A stretch of DNA of 28,883 nt from a virus. Lineage: Duplodnaviria; Caudoviricetes. Below are positions 19,795-26,578 of the stretch, one piece after another. Within the stretch, counting starts at the first letter, position 1; the number at the start of each line of letters is the position of its first letter. The stretch is taken from the IMG/VR virus record IMGVR_UViG_3300032330_001930, positions 1 to 28,883 of that record. One strand, given 5' to 3'. The notes beneath the pieces are model-generated. The model was not told the origin of the DNA, ran no database searches, and saw nothing but the letters and a program-made list of their open reading frames with translations. A program made the translations under genes and the position numbers.

Positions 19795-20073
19795 TTAACA
19801 ATCTTTCCAATATTCTTTCATAACCATATCTACATCTTCTTTACTTAATTTTAATCCATCTTCTAACATTCCACCTATAAATTCACTATCACCACCTTCT
19901 TCACCTACTTTATACCAATAACCATTTACTTTATCTAACCACTCTCTTACACTTACATCTTCATCACTAAAATTACTCTTAACCCATTCAATATTTTCTA
20001 AATAATTATCATCTAATATATCATTTTCTACTTCAATTAAATACTCTTTTAACCACTTTAAACTTAAATTCAT
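19795..20073 (-). CDS. Cytosine-free gene encoding an acidic, Trp-rich 92-aa protein
   Basis: No G on the + strand from 19780 to 20110; the protein lacks P, A, T, H and Q; own promoter at 20107-20138. Confidence 0.85.
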   Translation of the reverse strand: MNLSLKWLKEYLIEVENDILDDNYLENIEWVKSNFSDEDVSVREWLDKVNGYWYKVGEEGGDSEFIGGMLEDGLKLSKEDVDMVMKEYWKDC

Positions 20074-20106
20074 AATTTATACTTTTTAATTATTAATATT
20101 ATATAT

Positions 20107-20138
20107 TAAAGATAAATAAATAACTTTGACTTTTCAAA
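20107..20138 (-). promoter_or_regulatory. Promoter of the C-free gene
   Basis: TTTG-AAAAGTCA-N12-TATCTTTA (20-nt spacing). Confidence 0.75.
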
Positions 20139-20159
20139 GATCAACATAACTATTTTAAA

Positions 20160-20320
20160 GTAAAGTGTTGGGTGAGGGACCCGTGAGCAGGAGGTACCGT
20201 AGTCCCCTCAACGGAGCTGGAGCCAGCCCTAGCAGCAATTGAGCCGGGTAGACACCCAGCTCGTTCGCCATTAAAAATTAAAAGTATGAACCGATTTTAA
20301 GCCTCGTGGGCTAATATTTT
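20160..20320 (-). ncRNA. Candidate structured ncRNA
   Basis: Promoter TTTG-N20-TATATTGT (20325-20356); hairpins GAGCTGGGT/ACCCGGCTC (G-U pair favours the minus strand), GCTGG/CCAGC, TGAGGGGAC/GTCCCTCA. Confidence 0.55.
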
Positions 20321-20343
20321 AACCACAATATACACTTGAGGGA

Positions 20344-20544
20344 CTAACACTCCAAATACACTTGCTGTCTTACTCCATGCAAGCTACTCACGCGGTGTTC
20401 CTCCATCCAGCTGTACTGGTCTGGTTGCTCACTAGGGGCGTACGTGCGCTTGGGTTGCTCAACACCGTACTCCAAGTCGATCCACTCACCTTGAGCGCGC
20501 TCACCAAATAATAACGTTAACAATAATACAATAATTTTATTCAT
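20344..20544 (-). CDS. Small hypothetical protein with hydrophobic N-terminus
   Basis: AAATTAAAATTAAGTTT leader; MNKIIVLLLTLLF. Confidence 0.7.
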   Translation of the reverse strand: MNKIIVLLLTLLFGERAQGEWIDLEYGVEQPKRTYAPSEQPDQYSWMEEHRVSSLHGVRQQVYLEC

Positions 20545-20560
20545 AAACTTAATTTTAATT

Positions 20561-20647
20561 TAGAGCTCCACCTTGGGGATCGAACCCAAGTCTTCACTAG
20601 CTGCTAAGAACGCGACGCCAGTGTGTGCAACCTACACTTAGTGGGCT
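20561..20647 (-). ncRNA. tRNA-like RNA / pseudo-tRNA with extended anticodon arm
   Basis: T-arm TTGGG-TTCGATC-CCCAA; acceptor GCCCACT/GGTGGAGC with one bulge; short D-arm; 7-bp CACTGGC/GCTAGTG arm enclosing 15 nt. Confidence 0.6.
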
Positions 20648-20654
20648 TGGTTGA

Positions 20655-20894
20655 CTAGGCTTCAACCGCATCGGCCTTCACCTTCTTAGGTGCGCCACGC
20701 TTGATCTCAATACCTGCTGCGATCTTAGCTGCTTTAGCTGCTAGCTTCGCTTGACGAGCACTGGTTGCACTCGCTGGACGGCCTCTACCTGTTGATAACC
20801 CTTGAGCTGCTCTTTGAGCACGCGCATCTAATCTTGTTTGACGAGCTGATCCAGCTACTACTGGACGACCTCTTTTACCTGTTTCTTTTGACAT
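20655..20894 (-). CDS. Basic AT-hook repeat DNA-binding protein (start revised to MSKETG)
   Basis: KRGRP, GRGRP and KRGAP motifs in an Ala/Lys/Arg-rich protein; promoter at 20927-20958. Confidence 0.75.
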   Translation of the reverse strand: MSKETGKRGRPVVAGSARQTRLDARAQRAAQGLSTGRGRPASATSARQAKLAAKAAKIAAGIEIKRGAPKKVKADAVEA

Positions 20895-20926
20895 AACTGT
20901 TTTTTTTTTATTTTTTAATTTTATAT

Positions 20927-20958
20927 TGTGAATATCGGAACAAAACCTTGCCAATCAA
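20927..20958 (-). promoter_or_regulatory. Early promoter repeat
   Basis: TTG-ATTGGCA-N12-GATATTCACA. Confidence 0.65.
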
Positions 20959-20960
20959 CC

Positions 20961-21182
20961 CTAGTCATATTTGGGTCTGAATAACTCAACCCCACGATCA
21001 TAACCAGCGTGATAACCAGCGTGAAAAAGCTCTAGTAAATCAATTGGACTACTAATTTTAATCTCAAAGTGCACCCAGTGAGTATCACTATCAGTTTCTT
21101 CTTTCTCAATAACCACTCTATCACTCATTCTCCCATTTAAAGCATCAAAACGCTCTTTGTTCATAACTAATTTATAATTCAT
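20961..21182 (-). CDS. Hypothetical protein
   Basis: Own promoter (21203-21235) and leader. Confidence 0.8.
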   Translation of the reverse strand: MNYKLVMNKERFDALNGRMSDRVVIEKEETDSDTHWVHFEIKISSPIDLLELFHAGYHAGYDRGVELFRPKYD

Positions 21183-21202
21183 AATTTTTAATTTTTATTA
21201 TA

Positions 21203-21235
21203 CATAAATCTACACAAAAAATTGTGCCAAACCAA
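21203..21235 (-). promoter_or_regulatory. Early promoter repeat
   Basis: TTG-GTTTGGCA-N12-TAGATTTATG. Confidence 0.7.
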
Positions 21236-21241
21236 TCGTAT

Positions 21242-21466
21242 CTAGTTGTTAAATCCAATTACTTTATTCACATTGTCATTTAACTCAACATACAAAGAAG
21301 AGTGTATAATTGCATTATTCCATCTTTCAGGATCTTCATTTATACTTTTTACTGTAGCATTCATCATCACTACTATACGTTCTCTCAATATTGCATTTAG
21401 CATTGGAGAATTTGACTTTATTAACTCGATCAACATTTGATCATTTGTTTTGCTTTTAGGCTTCAT
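21242..21466 (-). CDS. Hypothetical protein (start revised to MKPKSK)
   Basis: Promoter at 21484-21516 and leader AAAATTAATAAGT. Confidence 0.8.
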   Translation of the reverse strand: MKPKSKTNDQMLIELIKSNSPMLNAILRERIVVMMNATVKSINEDPERWNNAIIHSSLYVELNDNVNKVIGFNN

Positions 21467-21483
21467 ACTTATTAATTTTATAA

Positions 21484-21516
21484 CGTGAAGATATAAACAA
21501 AACAGTGCCAAACAAA
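21484..21516 (-). promoter_or_regulatory. Early promoter repeat
   Basis: TTTG-TTTGGCA-N12-TATCTTCACG. Confidence 0.75.
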
Positions 21517-21518
21517 TC

Positions 21519-22169
21519 TTAACGTGTTGATTTAGGTCTGCCGCGGCGCCCACCAGAGCGTGCTCTAGTAGCTGCCTTCGCGGTTGCCTTAGCGGTCACC
21601 TGGGCTGCGGACAAAGCCGGGCGCCCGCGCTTACCTCCACTAGTGGGTTTGATCGCAGCTGGTTTCGTAACACCAGATGCTGGTCTACCACGCTTGCCTC
21701 CACTGCGTGCTGCACGTGCAACACGTTCCGCTTCGCGGGCAGCCTTCACTGCTGGATCAATCGCTGGACGTCCCCTGCGGGCACCAGGTACCTTCTCCTT
21801 CGCGGGCTTGCTACCGCGCTTAAGCTGACGGTCACGTTGCTTAGCTGCTTTCTCGGCTACGCGGGCCATCTTATCCAACGTCTTCTTGTGCTTGATCACG
21901 GCTGGGTGTAAAATGATCTGGTCGAGATCATAGCAACGGATGCCACCAGACTCGTCACGCACCTCATATCCGCCGTTAGGCCAGAACGGTGTTCCTGGCT
22001 CGTGACGCTTGATTAAGAAAAAAAACAAACGCTTCTCATAAAAAAACGGTGCGGGGAGAACACGTTCGCGTGGTTGAGGGCTGGCTAATACATCTTCAAC
22101 ATCAGTGTACGCTAGATACTTACCCAAATTCGCACCACCCACTATAAAATCTTTTTCTATTACTTTCAT
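21519..22169 (-). CDS. Protein with N-terminal globular domain and four C-terminal AT-hooks
   Basis: RRGRP, KRGRP, KRGRP and RRGRP separated by Ala/Lys-rich linkers. Confidence 0.8.
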   Translation of the reverse strand: MKVIEKDFIVGGANLGKYLAYTDVEDVLASPQPRERVLPAPFFYEKRLFFFLIKRHEPGTPFWPNGGYEVRDESGGIRCYDLDQIILHPAVIKHKKTLDKMARVAEKAAKQRDRQLKRGSKPAKEKVPGARRGRPAIDPAVKAAREAERVARAARSGGKRGRPASGVTKPAAIKPTSGGKRGRPALSAAQVTAKATAKAATRARSGGRRGRPKSTR

Positions 22170-22186
22170 ATCTTTAATTATTATGA

Positions 22187-22218
22187 CGTAAATCTACGAA
22201 AAAAACAGTGCCAACCAA
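22187..22218 (-). promoter_or_regulatory. Early promoter repeat
   Basis: TTG-GTTGGCA-N12-TAGATTTACG. Confidence 0.75.
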
Positions 22219-22241
22219 CACACAATAAAAAAAAAAAACAA

Positions 22242-22275
22242 ATTGGTGTGGCAAAACAATTCACGTATCTTCATG
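22242..22275 (+). promoter_or_regulatory. Plus-strand copy of the early promoter (the only one found)
   Basis: TTG-GTGTGGCA-N12-TATCTTCATG; no credible ORF downstream. Confidence 0.65.
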
Positions 22276-22372
22276 GCGTTCAATTGAACAGGCGCACAAT
22301 GAAACGTGTGGAGAGATCAGAGGTATGCTGCTTAAAACTCCCCCCACCCCCCACCACATACGTAGCCCCCAC

Positions 22373-22404
22373 TCAAGTTACGAAAAAGTTTTGACAAAAC
22401 CAAA
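22373..22404 (-). promoter_or_regulatory. Promoter convergent with the plus-strand copy
   Basis: TTTG-GTTTTGTCA-N11-TAACTTGA. Confidence 0.6.
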
Positions 22405-22902
22405 AAAAATTGTGCGCCAAAAAATGTGCACAAACAAATTTGGCTACTACACTACTTAGTAGTACTACAAAATGTAGACCCAGACAAATTTCCTGTTGAA
22501 ACAAAAAATAGCAGGAAGTATTGCTGTGGAGAGTTGTTGTCGACGAAAAAAGTGTGGAGCGGCACAGAAAAAGCAGACGACCACTAATCACACCACACCC
22601 CATACACAACAAACAGGTCACATACTATCGCACTAAAAAACGTAGTTACTACAAAACTACTACAATGTCTACTACACGCTTGAGTAGTTTGACATACGTT
22701 ATTCGTATAGTGGCGAGCAAAAAAAATCGCATTTACCGCGCATATAATGCGAGATAAACGCGCTATTTCATTTATACAATACGTTGTAGGCGCAAAAAAA
22801 GTTGGCCATTACACCGCCTTATTTCCCAGTTATCGTACTACAAAGATATGTACACGTAACAAAATGAATGTTGCTAATAAAAAACCGAATAGGAATCCCA
22901 TA

Positions 22903-23319
22903 TTATTTAATTTTAGTTTGTTTTGGTTTTGGTTTGTAGTAACGTTTGTTACGTTTCTTAGTCTCACCCGTATGTTTGTCTGAGTTATTAGATTTATCCT
23001 TACCCACACGTTCGCCATAGTCATTGAATGCATCCTCGTCTGCTTCCTCGTTTGACACGTAGTGTATTCCTTCGTTGCCGTTTTGACCAATGATGTCCAT
23101 TCGTTTGTTTAATTCTGCTTCGTGTTCCCAACTCGCTGCGTCGTGTCCTTTACATGGTGCTACCTTTTCATTGTATAGGCCTGCTGCTTTTAGTAGTGCT
23201 ACGTTTGGTTCATCATAACCACTGTAGATATTATCATCATCATACTCGTGTAACGCCTTAATTACTGCGTCTAATTTCGCCTCGATTCGTTCTAAACGTT
23301 CTATAAAATTACTGCTCAT
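22903..23319 (-). CDS. Hypothetical protein with basic C-terminus
   Basis: Promoter variant at 23340-23370 (TTG..GACA-N12-TATCTTGT); contains the RMDIIGQNGNEGIHY peptide. Confidence 0.8.
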   Translation of the reverse strand: MSSNFIERLERIEAKLDAVIKALHEYDDDNIYSGYDEPNVALLKAAGLYNEKVAPCKGHDAASWEHEAELNKRMDIIGQNGNEGIHYVSNEEADEDAFNDYGERVGKDKSNNSDKHTGETKKRNKRYYKPKPKQTKIK

Positions 23320-23449
23320 TTGTTTTGTTTATTTCATATACAAGATACTTACCTTTCTCTGTCTCTCCAACTCTTGTTGGCGTTGGTATTTTAAATTGTG
23401 GGTTACCATTCGCTATTAATGCTATTGTTTGCATCATGTATATTATCAT
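23309..23449 (-). CDS. Possible 46-aa protein, not in the ORF track
   Basis: MIIYMMQTIALIANGNPQFKIPTPTRVGETEKGKYLVYEINKTNEQ fills the gap between its neighbours. Confidence 0.4.
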   Translation of the reverse strand: MIIYMMQTIALIANGNPQFKIPTPTRVGETEKGKYLVYEINKTNEQ

Positions 23450-23451
23450 CC

Positions 23452-23688
23452 TTAATTTAATATGTTTATTTTAGGTATGTTTGGGTATGCATCATCCAAA
23501 CATTCCTGTATGAATTGTTTCTGCTCACTTGTGAAATCTGCTATACATTCTCTTATGGCTGGTAATCCCGCCATGAAATGTTTGTAGTGACTATCGCCGT
23601 TTACTTTATTATCCGCCTCGTTCCATCGCTCCATAAATGTAGCTAATGTTTGTACTTGGTCGGGTGTCATTTTATCTAATACGCTCAT
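23452..23688 (-). CDS. Hypothetical protein
   Basis: Abutting ORF in a tightly packed run. Confidence 0.75.
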   Translation of the reverse strand: MSVLDKMTPDQVQTLATFMERWNEADNKVNGDSHYKHFMAGLPAIRECIADFTSEQKQFIQECLDDAYPNIPKINILN

Positions 23689-23955
23689 TTATTCTACGTT
23701 TATGTATCTGACCTTATTATTTAATATTACGCTCATTTGTTTCTTATGGTTTTCTATCTTTGTAAGCGCTTCCGCTTCGCTGTAGTATGGGTAGTCTGAT
23801 AAGTTTACCCAACCGCTCCACCAACCACGGTAAATTTGAGGGTGGTATGCTTTCCTTACATCCACTATTTCCATTATTATCATACTATTCTCATCTCTCT
23901 TATAGTCGTGAACGTATTCTTCGTATTCCTTAATTCTATATTTTGTTTTATTCAT
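23689..23955 (-). CDS. Hypothetical protein
   Basis: Abutting ORF; KYRIKE...YHPQIYRGWWSGW. Confidence 0.75.
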   Translation of the reverse strand: MNKTKYRIKEYEEYVHDYKRDENSMIIMEIVDVRKAYHPQIYRGWWSGWVNLSDYPYYSEAEALTKIENHKKQMSVILNNKVRYINVE

Positions 23956-23956
23956 A

Positions 23957-24151
23957 TTATTGATTTATTCCTAATTCTCTATTGAATAAGTCGTCTGCCT
24001 GTTGGTTCCATCGTTGCTGTCTATTCATTTCCCATTTAGCCCATAACATGATGCTTTCTAACACTTTAACACGTTCATCCCCATCTAATCGATCATAGTA
24101 ATCATGATCCATTGTTATGAGTCCATTTGTTATTTCGTTTATATCTGTCAT
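23957..24151 (-). CDS. Hypothetical protein
   Basis: Abutting ORF. Confidence 0.7.
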   Translation of the reverse strand: MTDINEITNGLITMDHDYYDRLDGDERVKVLESIMLWAKWEMNRQQRWNQQADDLFNRELGINQ

Positions 24152-24157
24152 CTGTTA

Positions 24158-24394
24158 TTATTTTTCAATTACTGTATAACCACCACCTAATTCAATGCTG
24201 TTACCATTTTCATCATTGAACCATATTCTACCGGTTCCATGTCCTATCCTCGTTGTATGATATATTGTTCCATCTGCACTGTGTATCTCATAGTTATGAT
24301 GTTCTGGTGGCATTTTGGATATCATGAAGAATACCGCTCCTACACCTAATATGAATAATGTCCACTGAAGTATAGTTTTTAATTTTTCGTTCAT
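24158..24394 (-). CDS. Small membrane-anchored protein
   Basis: N-terminal TM helix and a small beta domain. Confidence 0.75.
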   Translation of the reverse strand: MNEKLKTILQWTLFILGVGAVFFMISKMPPEHHNYEIHSADGTIYHTTRIGHGTGRIWFNDENGNSIELGGGYTVIEK

Positions 24395-24504
24395 CTATTT
24401 CGTTTTAATCGTTTAATCATATTCTTACCCTTAACGCTAATATTTAGACGTTGCCATCCCAATCTTGATACTGTTACCATTCTAGTTGTTATTGTATGTC
24501 TCAT
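24391..24504 (-). CDS. Possible 37-aa basic peptide, not in the ORF track
   Basis: MRHTITTRMVTVSRLGWQRLNISVKGKNMIKRLKRNR; ATGA overlap with the next gene. Confidence 0.4.
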   Translation of the reverse strand: MRHTITTRMVTVSRLGWQRLNISVKGKNMIKRLKRNR

Positions 24505-24572
24505 CGTATATACGGATATTGGTAGTGTGGTGTGCGAACCGGCCTTTTAAAGCTGAATTTTAGGGTTGCTAT

Positions 24573-24950
24573 TTAGTATTGCTTGTTGAATACTCTTATA
24601 ATTCTAGTTAGTAGTGAGGCTTCAGTATACTCGTTAAATGCCTTCGATAGACCCGCAAATCGTTTTTCTTCTAATTCATAATGTCTTTTTGATTCATCTC
24701 TTAATTCGTTAAGTTCTTTCTTTACACGATTATACTCACATCTACTTTCAATAGCCTCTAGTTTAATATTTTCTACTGCTGTATGTTCGTCGGTAATAAA
24801 GTAACGAGTCCAAGGACCGCCTATATGGCTACTTGTATATACTACCTTACGTTCATTAATTGCTTTGGTTAGTTGCTCTGCGTTTTCTTTCATTACTAGA
24901 TATTCCTCTAACGGTAATGTTACTGTACGCTGTTCGTTTGTAGTTGACAT
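24573..24950 (-). CDS. Hypothetical coiled-coil protein
   Basis: TVTLPLEEY N-terminus followed by heptads. Confidence 0.75.
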   Translation of the reverse strand: MSTTNEQRTVTLPLEEYLVMKENAEQLTKAINERKVVYTSSHIGGPWTRYFITDEHTAVENIKLEAIESRCEYNRVKKELNELRDESKRHYELEEKRFAGLSKAFNEYTEASLLTRIIRVFNKQY

Positions 24951-24951
24951 G

Positions 24952-25140
24952 TTATCTATTATTTAGAATTAATTCTGCTATAATTACTAATACTATTACT
25001 ATTGCTAATGGTATCCATAGTGGGGATGTTACCCACCACCAACTCCAATCAATTACATTTGTTAGTTTTAATACTAGAAATACTATGAATGTTAATCCAC
25101 TTAATGATATTCCACCTGAATTGTTGTTGTTATTTGACAT
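24952..25140 (-). CDS. Small two-TM membrane protein of a type common in phages
   Basis: LTFIVFLVLKLTNVIDWSWWWVTSPLWIP. Confidence 0.85.
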   Translation of the reverse strand: MSNNNNNSGGISLSGLTFIVFLVLKLTNVIDWSWWWVTSPLWIPLAIVIVLVIIAELILNNR

Positions 25141-25141
25141 G

Positions 25142-25729
25142 TTATTTTGCTTTAATTAGTTCTAAATCACATGCTCTAACTATATATCCTACCCAACCTA
25201 TTTTAAATAGATCTCCATCATAATCTGATTCGCCGTTCCAAGTATCAGTAATGGTGTGTATTGATCCTAAGTCATATCCATGACCATTGGAGTTACCTAT
25301 GATTTTTACTTTGTCTTTAACTTTGAATTTGGTTGGTTTCTTTGGGGTAGTAACCTTTGCTCCTTTATTTACTAATTCGAATAATTCATTAACCTTATCA
25401 AATGGAATCTTTTGGCATCCTACCTCAACTATTTTCTCTCCTCTATTAATAACTGCTGTGTAGTCACTAGTTAATTCTAATCTATCAGAACGATCATAAT
25501 TCTCTAATAATTCAATCATTTCCTCTAATGTTACTTCTTCATCTCCAAGTGTTCTTTTCTGACCAGATATTTGTGTTTCGTCTTTAGGGTTAAATACGAA
25601 TAGAGGCCATTCTTTAATTCCATCTTCAATATATGATTCACATACTGTTATCTTTTTACTTTTAGCTATTGATAATAGCATTCCAAATACATGTTGGTTT
25701 GATACTTTGGTTAATCTTGCTTGGCTCAT
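25142..25729 (-). CDS. Modular hypothetical protein with C-terminal SH3/KOW-like domain
   Basis: KFKVKDKVKII...HGYDLGSIHTIT...DLELI; promoter at 25748-25773. Confidence 0.8.
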   Translation of the reverse strand: MSQARLTKVSNQHVFGMLLSIAKSKKITVCESYIEDGIKEWPLFVFNPKDETQISGQKRTLGDEEVTLEEMIELLENYDRSDRLELTSDYTAVINRGEKIVEVGCQKIPFDKVNELFELVNKGAKVTTPKKPTKFKVKDKVKIIGNSNGHGYDLGSIHTITDTWNGESDYDGDLFKIGWVGYIVRACDLELIKAK

Positions 25730-25747
25730 ATTTTATTAATTTTATAA

Positions 25748-25773
25748 CGTGAATATATGACTGTGGCTTTGCC
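25748..25773 (-). promoter_or_regulatory. Early promoter repeat
   Basis: GGCA-N12-TATATTCACG. Confidence 0.75.
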
Positions 25774-25781
25774 TAATCGAC

Positions 25782-25961
25782 TTAATAATTTGCTTGATTA
25801 ATATATGCTGTTTTGAATTGCATATCGTGATTTAATTTGTCTTGTTCTAATATACGTTCTTTATTTTGCTCCCACCAACGTTCGTAGTCACTACTTGATT
25901 GTGATTGCTCTTGTTCCCATTGTGTAACGTTTGGGTCTATATCGTTATTATATATTGCCAT
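25782..25961 (-). CDS. 59-aa hypothetical protein, not in the ORF track
   Basis: MAIYNNDIDPNVTQWEQEQSQSSSDYERWWEQNKERILEQDKLNHDMQFKTAYINQANY fills the gap. Confidence 0.65.
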   Translation of the reverse strand: MAIYNNDIDPNVTQWEQEQSQSSSDYERWWEQNKERILEQDKLNHDMQFKTAYINQANY

Positions 25962-26160
25962 GTATTATATTTTTATTTGCTACTTCAATTGCTCTGTTTA
26001 GTAATACCATTAATTCATCAATTTTAGTTTTCAATTCCTTAATATGTTCATTGTTGATATTAATTGTTTTATCCTTTAATTCAAGCATTTGTTCCATTAT
26101 TTCAATTCTCTCTTCTAATTTCTTAGAATATTCTCGTTGTAGTAGTAAATCGACTTCCAT
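25948..26160 (-). CDS. Coiled-coil hypothetical protein
   Basis: Heptad pattern; abuts the upstream gene. Confidence 0.75.
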   Translation of the reverse strand: MEVDLLLQREYSKKLEERIEIMEQMLELKDKTININNEHIKELKTKIDELMVLLNRAIEVANKNIIHGNI

Positions 26161-26161
26161 A

Positions 26162-26371
26162 TTATTTATTTATAGGGTTAAATACATATTCGTAAGTAGT
26201 GTCACGTTGCCATTTGCGTTTTGGTTTGGCTTCCATTTCGAACTTTAAATTGTGCTCTGCTAATAATGCATCTACATTCTTCACTGTTTCAAGTACATTG
26301 TTTCTACTACTGAATGGTACTTTATTTAGTCCTATTCTGATTGTCTTTAAATCCTCAATTGTTAAATTCAT
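26162..26371 (-). CDS. Hypothetical protein (start revised to MNLTIE)
   Basis: Promoter at 26391-26416 and leader AAAATTAAACAGT. Confidence 0.75.
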   Translation of the reverse strand: MNLTIEDLKTIRIGLNKVPFSSRNNVLETVKNVDALLAEHNLKFEMEAKPKRKWQRDTTYEYVFNPINK

Positions 26372-26390
26372 ACTGTTTAATTTTAATATA

Positions 26391-26416
26391 CTTAAATCTA
26401 CGCTTTTAATCTTGCC
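26391..26416 (-). promoter_or_regulatory. Early promoter repeat
   Basis: GGCA-N12-TAGATTTAAG. Confidence 0.7.
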
Positions 26417-26529
26417 CACTCACGTTTGGCTTGCTTCTTTTTATCTATTATTACTCGTTGTTTGAAGCGGCCATCGAATGCACCTGCTGCTTTCTGTTCG
26501 TCGCGTTTAATTTTGTGTTCATATCTCAT
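26398..26529 (-). CDS. 43-aa basic peptide, not in the ORF track
   Basis: MRYEHKIKRDEQKAAGAFDGRFKQRVIIDKKKQAKREWARLKA, with its own promoter and leader. Confidence 0.7.
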   Translation of the reverse strand: MRYEHKIKRDEQKAAGAFDGRFKQRVIIDKKKQAKREWARLKA

Positions 26530-26552
26530 AACTGTACGTTTTAATTTCATAG

Positions 26553-26578
26553 CATCAATATACGAACGGAACTGTGCC
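26553..26578 (-). promoter_or_regulatory. Early promoter repeat
   Basis: GGCA-N12-TATATTGATG. Confidence 0.75.

Noticed and set aside
20155-20271. 38-aa minus-strand ORF MANELGVYPAQ...
   Set aside because: Its leader is U-rich, unlike all credible genes here, and the sequence is better explained by RNA hairpins.
20160-20312. HDV-like/theta ribozyme or SRP RNA
   Set aside because: GGCGAA and CCTCCT-like pieces are in the wrong order for the nested double pseudoknot, and there is no SRP domain IV GGAA tetraloop.
20561-20647. Functional tRNA-Arg(TCT)
   Set aside because: The anticodon arm is far too long, the acceptor stem is bulged and the D-loop is non-canonical.
21500-21512. TGGCAC as a sigma54 -24 element
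   Set aside because: There is no TTGC at the required -12 spacing, and the motif fits the Bacteroidota -33/-7 architecture better.
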